Virus record (IMG/VR): IMGVR_UViG_3300020042_001345
Span: 1-52,880 of that record
DNA: 52,880 nt
Direction: 5' to 3' (one strand)
Source: a virus
Taxonomy: Duplodnaviria; Caudoviricetes
A program made the position numbers and the translations under genes. Position 1 is the first letter of the stretch, and the number at the start of each line of letters is the position of its first letter. The notes under the pieces are model-generated. The model was not told where the DNA came from and did no database searches. It saw only the letters and a list, made by a program, of their open reading frames with translations. This document shows positions 9,581-17,857 of the stretch, piece by piece.

Positions 9581-10689
9581 CACATCCCCTTAAAAATTGC
9601 AGCGGAATAGATGTTGCCCATTCCAGCCGCCAGACTCATTATCAAGCCATCAGGTGGTGTTGTCGATTCCGAAAGGAATACCGAATCGGTTTCGGTTCGA
9701 TTTTCAATCGCTGGAACAACACCAGACTTAATATCGTCTAATAGTAAAAGCGTCTCAAGCAGCCCGCTACTGCCCATCGTATGACCAATTTTCTGCTTAT
9801 ACGAGGTTGCAACGAATGCTTTTAGCGTTTGGGTCAAAGCGTTCTTTTCAGCTTTGTTGTTGGACGCTGTTCCAGTGCCGTGGGTTTTCACTATTTTAAT
9901 CTCATCTGGGGATACATTGCCATAGTGCATAGCACCTTCAATGGCTTTAATAAAGCCCTCACCGTCTTCACACTGCCCAATTGCGTTTGTTGAGCGCTCT
10001 GAGGCGCTATACGCACCAACCAAACGAGCATGGGGAGTAATGCTTTGCTCTTCCGCGACAGAGTGGGACTCAAACACCGCTAAAGCGGCTCCCTGACCAA
10101 CACGGAACCCAAAGTTAACCGAATCAAAAGCGGATGGCTTTATGCCCAAATCTTCTTGTTTTTGGGTAAGTACAGCCTTGGCGTCACCAAAAAACTCTAA
10201 AACTGCGTTTGAGACACCATCCTCAACCGTTAACACAATGACGCGCTCATAGTCATAAAAGTCGATAAGGTTGACTACATCCATCATTACTTTAAGGCTT
10301 GAGGCGCAGGCGCTAGCATCGGTTGTGACCATATCCATATCGCCACAGGACTGGGCAATTCGACCTGCGTAGACCTGCGTCAACGTAAATGGCAAGAACC
10401 TGTAGTTGTAGGTCAAGCGGGAGTTGTACTCGCGTTGATTGAGGCCAGCAAAGTGTGCGTTGCCGCCCGCAAGGATAAACGCCGTTTTACCTACAGGGTT
10501 CTCTCGAAGGTAAGCAAGCAACTCGGGGTCAAGCACCTTTTCCGCCAACTTGTGGGGTACATAAACCAAACCAGACTTTACTCGGTTGTAAGTATCTGGG
10601 AACCAATTCACCTTTTGTGGATAGACAATGTCGTCAAGTAACTCAACATTTTCAGTCGAAGCGGTGCGGTAGTGTGTAAGATAAATCAT
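9580..10689 (-). CDS. fabF: Beta-ketoacyl-ACP synthase (FabB/FabF family)
   Basis: SACASS (catalytic Cys), HGTGT (His), YKQKIGHTMG (Lys, His) and AFD..GFRVGQGAALAVFE. ATG at 10689 overlaps the ACP stop (ATGA), with GAGG upstream. Confidence 0.92.
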   Translation of the reverse strand: MIYLTHYRTASTENVELLDDIVYPQKVNWFPDTYNRVKSGLVYVPHKLAEKVLDPELLAYLRENPVGKTAFILAGGNAHFAGLNQREYNSRLTYNYRFLPFTLTQVYAGRIAQSCGDMDMVTTDASACASSLKVMMDVVNLIDFYDYERVIVLTVEDGVSNAVLEFFGDAKAVLTQKQEDLGIKPSAFDSVNFGFRVGQGAALAVFESHSVAEEQSITPHARLVGAYSASERSTNAIGQCEDGEGFIKAIEGAMHYGNVSPDEIKIVKTHGTGTASNNKAEKNALTQTLKAFVATSYKQKIGHTMGSSGLLETLLLLDDIKSGVVPAIENRTETDSVFLSESTTPPDGLIMSLAAGMGNIYSAAIFKGM

Positions 10690-10967
10690 CTGCACACCTC
10701 TTTGACTTCTTCCATTGATGCTGGCTCTTTAGTTTTGTTTGCCATAACTAGGTCGTGCAATTCCTGAACAGACGCTGGCGACCATTCTTTGCTATCGTCA
10801 TCGGCAATACCATAGAGTTCATCAAAATACATAAGCATGACCAAGCCATCTAGGCTGTCCAGACCAATGTCCTCAAGTTTATCTTCCATCGCGTTAGCAA
10901 AGGCAACTACAGTGTGCGCAGGTCGAGCGACCTTTGACACATAATTAAATATGTCTAAGAAGTTCAT
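10686..10967 (-). CDS. acpP: Acyl carrier protein
   Basis: 93 aa and acidic. LEDIGLDSLD phosphopantetheine site (Ser38), followed by FDELYGI and SVQEL helices. Confidence 0.88.
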   Translation of the reverse strand: MNFLDIFNYVSKVARPAHTVVAFANAMEDKLEDIGLDSLDGLVMLMYFDELYGIADDDSKEWSPASVQELHDLVMANKTKEPASMEEVKEVCR

Positions 10968-11224
10968 GTTGCCGTGTCCTCTGTTGGTTGATTGACTGCT
11001 CCGACTAGTGCTGTTGCCCAGTCTTGCCAGTTCTCATATATATAGGGGCTAGGAATGCCTTCATTTACAAAAAGGTCGATAGCCTTTAAACCTGCTGCCC
11101 ACTGCTTCCACTCCTCTTCGGGAGTATTTATTGATAGCTGTTGCGCCGCATAAGCCTCGCACATAAGACTCGTCCAAGAGTCCCATGTGTGATAACGAGG
11201 GTCATATACAAGCGCAAGTGCCAT
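10964..11224 (-). CDS. Small Trp-rich hypothetical protein of the virion module
   Basis: 86 aa. Starts 1 nt after the nozzle stop and has an ATGA overlap with the ACP gene. Confidence 0.6.
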   Translation of the reverse strand: MALALVYDPRYHTWDSWTSLMCEAYAAQQLSINTPEEEWKQWAAGLKAIDLFVNEGIPSPYIYENWQDWATALVGAVNQPTEDTAT

Positions 11225-11225
11225 G

Positions 11226-13478
11226 TTAATTTCCGAATGGTCTGACGTCTCCTAGCGTTACGCTTAACAGCACCTTACCCATTTGATAGTCACCGCCTTG
11301 AATGTTGCTTGTGAAACGTAGACGTATTTCACGCCTTTGTTGACGCATATCAATCTTGCCTGTTTCTGGAGTAAAAACATAAGGGTCTGAAATTACATCA
11401 GCAGATTGTGCGTAAGGACGACCAGTAACTTGCAACGTCATTTCTTCTTGCTGAATAAAGTCAGGCTCAACTCGCTCTAAGTTCACCCAAAAATTGTCGC
11501 CAATCGGCGCAGTTTGTGCAGGGCCGCCCGCTACAAAACCTAAATCGCTTGTTTGAAAATAACTTTCTATTGCATCAGCGGATTCGTCAATAACTTCGTC
11601 CGTTCCAATTTCGTGTTGCCACAAAATAATTTGACCAGCCACAGTTTCAAAGTTTGCAGTCTCAATCACCGTTGCTGTTGCGTTTGCAGACAAAGTCAGA
11701 CTCAAACCAGAAAACGACATGGTTCCTGATACAGCCCCACTGTTGACCACAGACAAAGTAATGGTCGTTCCCGCAATAATGGTCACAACAGCGCCCACGC
11801 CAATGCCAGTTCCTACAACGGATTGATTTAAAACTATGCCTGTTGCACTATTTACTACAATAGTGCTTGCCCCAGAAGTGCCAGTTGCCGTTGGTGATGC
11901 CGCATTTGGAGCAATCAAAGACACCAATGCCCCAGAAGGTATGCTTGTAGATACAACTTGCTGACCTACAGCAATTAAATTGTTTGGGGAAATTGTGATA
12001 ACGGCATTTGCATTCGTTGTTGAGATTGATGCAGAGAAAATAACCTCCTGCTCACTCAATGTTGCACCAGCATTGATGGGGTAATGGAACACTTGAGAAA
12101 AGAACCCAGCAGTGCGACGAGCGCCTAAAGCCTCGCCTGCGTCATACCAGCAGTCTTCCCGCACGTTGTATATGATGCAATCGTTGCACTCTTCTGAATT
12201 ACCAGAAGGAAAAAACCACCAAATCTCGCCAAAACGAGGAACCTTATTAACAAAGACTTTTTGTTGTTGAGCGTAGTTTAAATTGTCAAAAAAGTAGTTT
12301 TGATTAAACGTGTTCTTGATTTCCTTGACCACGCCGTTGTATAGCAGGAAACGGTCAACGCCAATCCAGTAATAAATTCCGTCATACTCAATAACGCATT
12401 GACTAGACATGATTGACGACTGACTTGAGATAATGTCATAGCGCCAGTAAAAAGTTTCTGGAGAGCCTGATATGGTTACCGTAGTAGGTGTATATGAAAC
12501 ACGAATCAATGAATCAAGCGACCAAAACAAACCAGATGGTGCGTTTGAACCACCGCGAACTGGCAAGCCTTTTACAATTTTTGTAGAGGATACGTTTGTT
12601 TCATTGGAGTCAGGCCCGTTCCAATCAAATGGGTCTCCAGCAACACAATTCTTGATTAAACCATTGTCTCCATACACAAAAACGTATGGGTGCAAAACCA
12701 CTACACCACCAGCAACTTCAATAGTGTCACCTGTTGGGGTTGTTCCATTAGTGTCTGTAAGCGGAGACAAAGTAGTGCCATTGATGTTTCCAGCCAAAAC
12801 TGGGGTCACCGTTGTCTGGTCAATTTGCTCTAAGTTACGACCAGCGTGCGCCAATAGCAATTGGTTTCCAGAACCCTGAGCGTCAAACGTAGAATCAAAT
12901 TGCCATAGGTTTAAATCGCTTGCCGTAAAAGTTGTGATTGTGTTAACTTTAATTGAGAATCCAGAACCCGCGCCACCAAGATTGGTGTTTGATGCGCTTA
13001 ATGTATTGCCAATAACGTAATTATTACCATAACTTGTAAGAGTCACAGAGGTCACGGCTCCACCAGATACAACAATGGTGGCTTTTGCACCAGAACCAGA
13101 ACCTCCAGTTAGCGGTACAGCCGTATAAGTGGCGTTTACATAACTAGAGCCACCAACAAGCGTGTTTAGAGTTAAGGCTCTTCCTGTAAAAGTAAATTGA
13201 TTAACACCAGAACCTATGCCAAGGTTATTGATGTTGACAACCTCAAGACCGTTGTTATACCCGTTAAAAACTGAGTTGATACCATCAACCGAGTTTACAT
13301 AGATGCCGCGAGAGTATCCGTTTGCATTACTGACAATTGCGCGGTAGCCACCCACTTTTCTTGGGCGACCACGTTGAAAGCGTACCCAACGAGCGTCCGT
13401 GTAGAAATTCATGTCAAAGATAGTTCCATCGCGCTGGACACCGGGTAACGTGTCAATCGTGAAGACTTTTTTGACCAT
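11226..13478 (-). CDS. Tail nozzle / packaged-DNA stabilization protein (P22 gp10 or T7 gp12-like)
   Basis: 750 aa, beta-rich, with WVRFQRGRPRKVGG, YWIGVDRFLLYNG and FGEIWWFFP segments. Thr/Gly-rich insertions. Position before the ejection genes. Confidence 0.7.
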   Translation of the reverse strand: MVKKVFTIDTLPGVQRDGTIFDMNFYTDARWVRFQRGRPRKVGGYRAIVSNANGYSRGIYVNSVDGINSVFNGYNNGLEVVNINNLGIGSGVNQFTFTGRALTLNTLVGGSSYVNATYTAVPLTGGSGSGAKATIVVSGGAVTSVTLTSYGNNYVIGNTLSASNTNLGGAGSGFSIKVNTITTFTASDLNLWQFDSTFDAQGSGNQLLLAHAGRNLEQIDQTTVTPVLAGNINGTTLSPLTDTNGTTPTGDTIEVAGGVVVLHPYVFVYGDNGLIKNCVAGDPFDWNGPDSNETNVSSTKIVKGLPVRGGSNAPSGLFWSLDSLIRVSYTPTTVTISGSPETFYWRYDIISSQSSIMSSQCVIEYDGIYYWIGVDRFLLYNGVVKEIKNTFNQNYFFDNLNYAQQQKVFVNKVPRFGEIWWFFPSGNSEECNDCIIYNVREDCWYDAGEALGARRTAGFFSQVFHYPINAGATLSEQEVIFSASISTTNANAVITISPNNLIAVGQQVVSTSIPSGALVSLIAPNAASPTATGTSGASTIVVNSATGIVLNQSVVGTGIGVGAVVTIIAGTTITLSVVNSGAVSGTMSFSGLSLTLSANATATVIETANFETVAGQIILWQHEIGTDEVIDESADAIESYFQTSDLGFVAGGPAQTAPIGDNFWVNLERVEPDFIQQEEMTLQVTGRPYAQSADVISDPYVFTPETGKIDMRQQRREIRLRFTSNIQGGDYQMGKVLLSVTLGDVRPFGN

Positions 13479-14743
13479 TAGAATGTACCGCCAGAAATTC
13501 CACTAGTAAAGGTTCCCGTAGTTCCAGATACCGCACCAGTAAATGCTCCAGCACCAACAATAGCTAAACCAGAAGCAGAAACTGTTGAACGCAAAACACC
13601 AAGAATAGAAATATTAAACTCACCAGAAGCCGCACGGTACACGCCCGTTGTGGTTTCTGATGAAAAGTTCAATGAAGGCGCTCCAACAGAGCCATTGTTC
13701 AAACTAATGTTTGAAGAACCCGCCAAAATTGTATTGGCGTTAAACAAATTAACTGAATCACAAACCAATGTGACTTGAGTTCCTGTTGTTAAAACCGCAG
13801 TACCGCCAGAACCCGTTGTAATTGTGACGGTGTAAGCGCCTGATGTTGCGTTGATAATGTAGTAGACCTGAACCGTTGACGGGACAACAATTGTGACGTT
13901 GCCTGTCAAAGTCCCTGTGTACTTCTGAATCACGTTTGAGGCTTCAGACGCCGTCAAGGTGTAAGAACCAGAAGTTACAGCTTTACTTAACTGAGTAAAA
14001 GCAAATTGTGTATTCCGACCCAAGCCAACCGTATAGAACTGTGAGCCGCTACAAACAATGATGCAAGAATCTGCGGGTTGTAAAGCAATTGACGTAGAAC
14101 CGTTTACCAAGTTACCGCTAGTTCCAGTTACCGTTAAAGCGCCAGTTCCACTGTTGCGAACAAACATAAACCAATTGTCGGCAAGCGTTGATGCCAATGA
14201 CAGGGTCAGCGTTCCTGCGCCACCAGTCCACACATAGGTGCTAGAACGGTCTGTTGCCAACGCTGTGTAGCTAGAAGAAAAAGTTGTGACTGGCTGGCTT
14301 TGATTGAGCGTCTGACCAATTGCTAGCAAACCATATCCAGCAAGTGTTGCCGCATCTTGACCAGAAGAGCCAATACCAAAAGCAATGATGCCCCAAACAC
14401 CTTCTTCAGTACCGTTGTCGGTAATGTAGATGTACTGCGCCTCACCTACCAACACGGTCACAATCGTGTTAATCCCCGCATAGTCCATGACGTCAAAATC
14501 TTCACCACCTATATTGCGAATCAATGCGTCTTGCCCTACCGAAGCCTGATTTGCAGGAGGCATCCACAACTCAGAAACCCCAGTTGTGGTGACCTCCATG
14601 ATACGAGCGGCGGCATCATTGGTTGTAGACCCGTTAATAGGCCATTCCAATTGAAGGGTTGTATTTGCTATTGAAATCTCGCGATACGAGACGTCAGTCG
14701 GTTGAATGACGTTGCCTGTGAAAGGGGAGTTAAATGACGACAT
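13478..14743 (-). CDS. Putative tail structural/fibre protein
   Basis: Thr/Ser/Gly-rich beta protein with NGSVGAPSLNF..TTTGVY segment and C-terminal GGTF. Confidence 0.6.
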   Translation of the reverse strand: MSSFNSPFTGNVIQPTDVSYREISIANTTLQLEWPINGSTTNDAAARIMEVTTTGVSELWMPPANQASVGQDALIRNIGGEDFDVMDYAGINTIVTVLVGEAQYIYITDNGTEEGVWGIIAFGIGSSGQDAATLAGYGLLAIGQTLNQSQPVTTFSSSYTALATDRSSTYVWTGGAGTLTLSLASTLADNWFMFVRNSGTGALTVTGTSGNLVNGSTSIALQPADSCIIVCSGSQFYTVGLGRNTQFAFTQLSKAVTSGSYTLTASEASNVIQKYTGTLTGNVTIVVPSTVQVYYIINATSGAYTVTITTGSGGTAVLTTGTQVTLVCDSVNLFNANTILAGSSNISLNNGSVGAPSLNFSSETTTGVYRAASGEFNISILGVLRSTVSASGLAIVGAGAFTGAVSGTTGTFTSGISGGTF

Positions 14744-14745
14744 GA

Positions 14746-15381
14746 TTAGGTATCCAATACAGTTGCTTGGCGGTCACCAATTCTTTGCAAGTCCTCAGCT
14801 TTTAGTGTCTGAATGATTTGGTCATAGTTTTGTTGCCACATAGGCATACGCTCATCATTCTTAATGTAGGGCATAGCTTGCAGCAAAGACCCATACAGCA
14901 AAGCCTGTGGGGCGTAGATGGTGAACCAATTCGTTTGGTTGGAGGAATCCAGCGGTTGAAGTCGCTCGTAGTACAGAACTTCAAAATCATACGCAACATC
15001 AGGAGACGGGGCGACTAGCCAATGGGTGTAATCGTAGTCGCCGTAATAAACAGGTGCGCCAGTTGCCGTGGCATCTGGGGCGTACTCACGCAGGTATTCG
15101 TACTTGCGAAGCAATACAGGCTGTTTTTCGCCAGCTACGGTAACATTGAAAGAAACGGTTTTGTGCCAACGAGCAGGCTTGTCTATGATAGGTTGACCTA
15201 TCACCATCGCAGAGGTTTGTACTGTTAGGTTGCCAAGGAATTTAATTTGGCTGGCAATGATTTGCTCTGCCAACATAATGAACAAAGGAATTTTGGCAAG
15301 CGTATCGGCATCAGTTCGGTCAAGGTAAGACTGAATGTTCTCGACCAATGAGTCGTAAGTCATTACCGATGCGGTCGTCAT
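14746..15381 (-). CDS. Head-tail adaptor protein
   Basis: MTYDSL..IQSYLDR, IPLFIMLAE, APSPD..Y, TNW...APQALLYGSL pattern of podovirus adaptors. Confidence 0.7.
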   Translation of the reverse strand: MTTASVMTYDSLVENIQSYLDRTDADTLAKIPLFIMLAEQIIASQIKFLGNLTVQTSAMVIGQPIIDKPARWHKTVSFNVTVAGEKQPVLLRKYEYLREYAPDATATGAPVYYGDYDYTHWLVAPSPDVAYDFEVLYYERLQPLDSSNQTNWFTIYAPQALLYGSLLQAMPYIKNDERMPMWQQNYDQIIQTLKAEDLQRIGDRQATVLDT

Positions 15382-15395
15382 TCTGAGGCTCCTTA

Positions 15396-15737
15396 TTATC
15401 CAACATTACGCTCAAAATGAGGGCAGTCAACCAAAGATTTGAAATTGCCGCCCCAGCGATTTTTGGGGTTTAAAGTCTCCCAGTAAGCACCTAACGGCGC
15501 TAGAATGCTCTTGTCCCATATTATCTTCCCATCCTTGAAGAAATTCAAGTCGATGGCACAGCGCTTGAGGTGAATAGAATTAAGGGTTTTGGAGCGTCCT
15601 GTCTTTACATAAATTGCCTGTTGCTCAGGTGTACGGGCTAACTCACCGCCAGTAACTACAAAACCTTGTTCTGTAGCATATTGAATTAACTTACAAGCAT
15701 CCAATAAAAAAGCAGCCTGTTCTTTACTTAGGCTCAT
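15396..15737 (-). CDS. Endolysin, M15 family Zn peptidase
   Basis: R-TPEQQ, S-x-H-x6-D (SIHLKRCAIDL) and WGGNF...DCPHFE motifs. Confidence 0.85.
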   Translation of the reverse strand: MSLSKEQAAFLLDACKLIQYATEQGFVVTGGELARTPEQQAIYVKTGRSKTLNSIHLKRCAIDLNFFKDGKIIWDKSILAPLGAYWETLNPKNRWGGNFKSLVDCPHFERNVG

Positions 15738-16248
15738 TTTTTTTGCTCCGCATCTCCATTACTTTTTCTACCGTGCGACCGCCAAAGTACGCAGTCATCA
15801 CCAACATACCCCATTGGCCTAGCAAGGTGACATAGGCTTCAGCAATTCTGTATCCACCACCATCTAACAAAGCAAAAATGGTATATGCACCTAATAAATA
15901 AATTAATGTCATCGGGCGAATATTCTTGGACAACCAAGAGTCGGAAGACATATCAGCCTCCCAGCGTTTGGTGACGTTATTATCTTCAGCCACCTTTGCA
16001 GTAAGCAACGCCTGTAACTCTTCTTGTTCTAAACGAGCCTTTTCAATACCCAACTCAAGAAGGCGCTCTTCATGGTCATACTGAAGCTGACGCAACTTGG
16101 CAACGTCTTCAGGAGTTGGATTGTCTGGAATTTTTATTCCAAGAGTGTTCTCAACAACTTCTTTGCCTTTTGCTTGAATTGCAGAAGACAAAAGACCCAA
16201 GCCATTAGAAGCAAGGGTCGTTAGAAGGGAGGCGACTATTGGAATCAT
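15724..16248 (-). CDS. Holin (3TM holin-like)
   Basis: WLSKNIRP, two C-terminal TM helices and YFGGRTVEK. Overlaps the endolysin gene. Confidence 0.75.
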   Translation of the reverse strand: MIPIVASLLTTLASNGLGLLSSAIQAKGKEVVENTLGIKIPDNPTPEDVAKLRQLQYDHEERLLELGIEKARLEQEELQALLTAKVAEDNNVTKRWEADMSSDSWLSKNIRPMTLIYLLGAYTIFALLDGGGYRIAEAYVTLLGQWGMLVMTAYFGGRTVEKVMEMRSKKNEPK

Positions 16249-16254
16249 TTAATG

Positions 16255-16452
16255 TCAAACTCCAAAAAATTTCTTTAAAAATTCAGCGGCAACACCCGGC
16301 CCCATCAACACAGCCAAAATAACTACATACAAGAGATACTCTATCTTGGTCATACGCTTAGAGCCTTCATCAAACCTTTTTTGTATGCCAATGTATCGTT
16401 CAGCGCAAACAGCCTCATGCACTGACAAACGTGTATCGGTATCCTCAACCAT
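16255..16452 (-). CDS. Small membrane protein (XhlA/holin-like)
   Basis: LSVHEAVCAERY coiled-coil plus one C-terminal TM helix. Adjacent to the lysis genes. Confidence 0.6.
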   Translation of the reverse strand: MVEDTDTRLSVHEAVCAERYIGIQKRFDEGSKRMTKIEYLLYVVILAVLMGPGVAAEFLKKFFGV

Positions 16453-16612
16453 TTGCGACCTCAGGCTCTACAGTGTTAGCCGCCTGTATCTGCGGTATAG
16501 CCTGATTATGAATAGATTGGATAAGTTGGAATGAATGAGTGTACGGAAGCTGACCCAAAGCAGTCAGCAACTCATTAACCTCGTCGATGGTAAATTTAAG
16601 ATTGATGTTCAT
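16445..16612 (-). CDS. Small hypothetical protein (55 aa, not in ORF track), possible fibre chaperone
   Basis: MNINLKFTIDEVNELLTALGQLPY...EVANG. AAGGTGG upstream; stop overlaps the next gene. Confidence 0.7.
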   Translation of the reverse strand: MNINLKFTIDEVNELLTALGQLPYTHSFQLIQSIHNQAIPQIQAANTVEPEVANG

Positions 16613-16622
16613 AGCTACCACC

Positions 16623-16994
16623 TTATGCAGTTTGAACTGCTACCCAAGATGTTGTAGCTTCATCCCATGTATAAGGATTTTCCATCGTTGCGTCTGTTGG
16701 CATTGGGGTAGAGGGCTGCCACTTAGCATCGGCATCTAGCGTCCAACTTGGATATGGCTGTGGAGGAGCAAACGCATCTATGTCTGCGTAATACTTGTAG
16801 CCAATGCCAGCGTAGTTCTTACGCATGTTGCCATTGTAACTAGTCTGTTTCCATGTGCCGCCAAGTACACGTTCACAGAACGCAGTACCTATGTATTCTT
16901 TTTCAACGCCGTGAGCGTCAGCCGTGTCCTTGTTGTCCACTACGATTACACGCAGTACAACATTGTTGCTATCTAATTCAGCAAAATGTGCCAT
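16623..16994 (-). CDS. Tail-fibre-associated protein
   Basis: MAHFAELD.NNVV.RVIVV, WKQTSYN, RKNYAGIG, PQPYPSW and YTWDE..SW pattern, seen next to Gly-rich fibre genes. Confidence 0.6.
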   Translation of the reverse strand: MAHFAELDSNNVVLRVIVVDNKDTADAHGVEKEYIGTAFCERVLGGTWKQTSYNGNMRKNYAGIGYKYYADIDAFAPPQPYPSWTLDADAKWQPSTPMPTDATMENPYTWDEATTSWVAVQTA

Positions 16995-17602
16995 TACTCT
17001 TCTCCTAAATGAAGTCCGGTCAGACTCTCGTCCGAACCAATGTACCCTTTTACAAAGGTGTTAAACGAAATACTGATACGAGTTCCATCGTCCTTCTTGG
17101 TTTGAACCATGTGCGTCAAGTTGGATGGAAAGATAATCAAGTCCCCAGCACCAACATCAAACCACCAGCTTTCACTATTCCAATGGTTCCAGTTTTCTGT
17201 TGGAATCTTGATGCGCTCGTAACCATCTTTGTAGAAATAAATTCTGTCTGTCTCTTTGTTCGCCTGCGGGTAGAACACACCAGAGATAATGCTGTTTGGG
17301 TGAGCATGTTTATGATGATACTGACCCGGCTCTGTGTAGTTAGACCACGACTGCGTAATGTATGGTGTTACGTCAAACTGTGGCGCGTGTACTGACTTGA
17401 AATACTCCAGCATCGCGTCTTCTATAAATTCACGTATTTCTGTCATCTCAACAGACTTCAGCAGCTTTCTGTTTTCGCTAGTGGTATTACCTTCGTTTGG
17501 GTAACGCACTTGTTCTTTGATGAACAGCAATTCTTGTTCAGTCAGCTCACGACCGAGCTGAGAAAAACCTACCGCTGTGGGGAATAGGTTAGTTATGTTC
17601 AT
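16994..17602 (-). CDS. Putative 2OG-Fe(II) oxygenase (TIGR02466-like)
   Basis: HHKHAHPNSIISGVFY (HxH), LIIFPSNLTHMV (distal His) and RISISFN (2OG-binding Arg). Confidence 0.85.
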   Translation of the reverse strand: MNITNLFPTAVGFSQLGRELTEQELLFIKEQVRYPNEGNTTSENRKLLKSVEMTEIREFIEDAMLEYFKSVHAPQFDVTPYITQSWSNYTEPGQYHHKHAHPNSIISGVFYPQANKETDRIYFYKDGYERIKIPTENWNHWNSESWWFDVGAGDLIIFPSNLTHMVQTKKDDGTRISISFNTFVKGYIGSDESLTGLHLGEE

Positions 17603-17853
17603 GCGACTGCCTTATCGTATATCTCTTGCTGACCACGCATTTTGTCTATTTGCTCTTGAGTCCAAATCGTGTTGATGCTGTCCTCAAACTCTTTTATCTT
17701 TTCCATTGTATCTAGCACTTCTTCCATGCTTGGACACGGGCGTGGGTCTTCCCATCGTGTAAACATGGTGTTGCTGATTTCCCACTTAGCGCCGGGGCGC
17801 AGTAAGTGCATAGCTGTGTCGATACCGTAAAGTTGATAATGTTTAGTGTCCAT
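17599..17853 (-). CDS. Small tail-associated protein (XkdW-like)
   Basis: AMHLLRPGAKW...WEDPRPCPS pattern. Follows the Gly-rich fibre genes. Confidence 0.5.
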   Translation of the reverse strand: MDTKHYQLYGIDTAMHLLRPGAKWEISNTMFTRWEDPRPCPSMEEVLDTMEKIKEFEDSINTIWTQEQIDKMRGQQEIYDKAVA

Positions 17854-17857
17854 AAAA

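Noticed and set aside
9580-10967. Complete PKS or fatty-acid biosynthetic cluster, or host contamination
   Set aside because: No AT, KR, DH, TE, chain-length factor or PPTase was seen. The genes overlap phage genes on both sides and share the lack of GATC.
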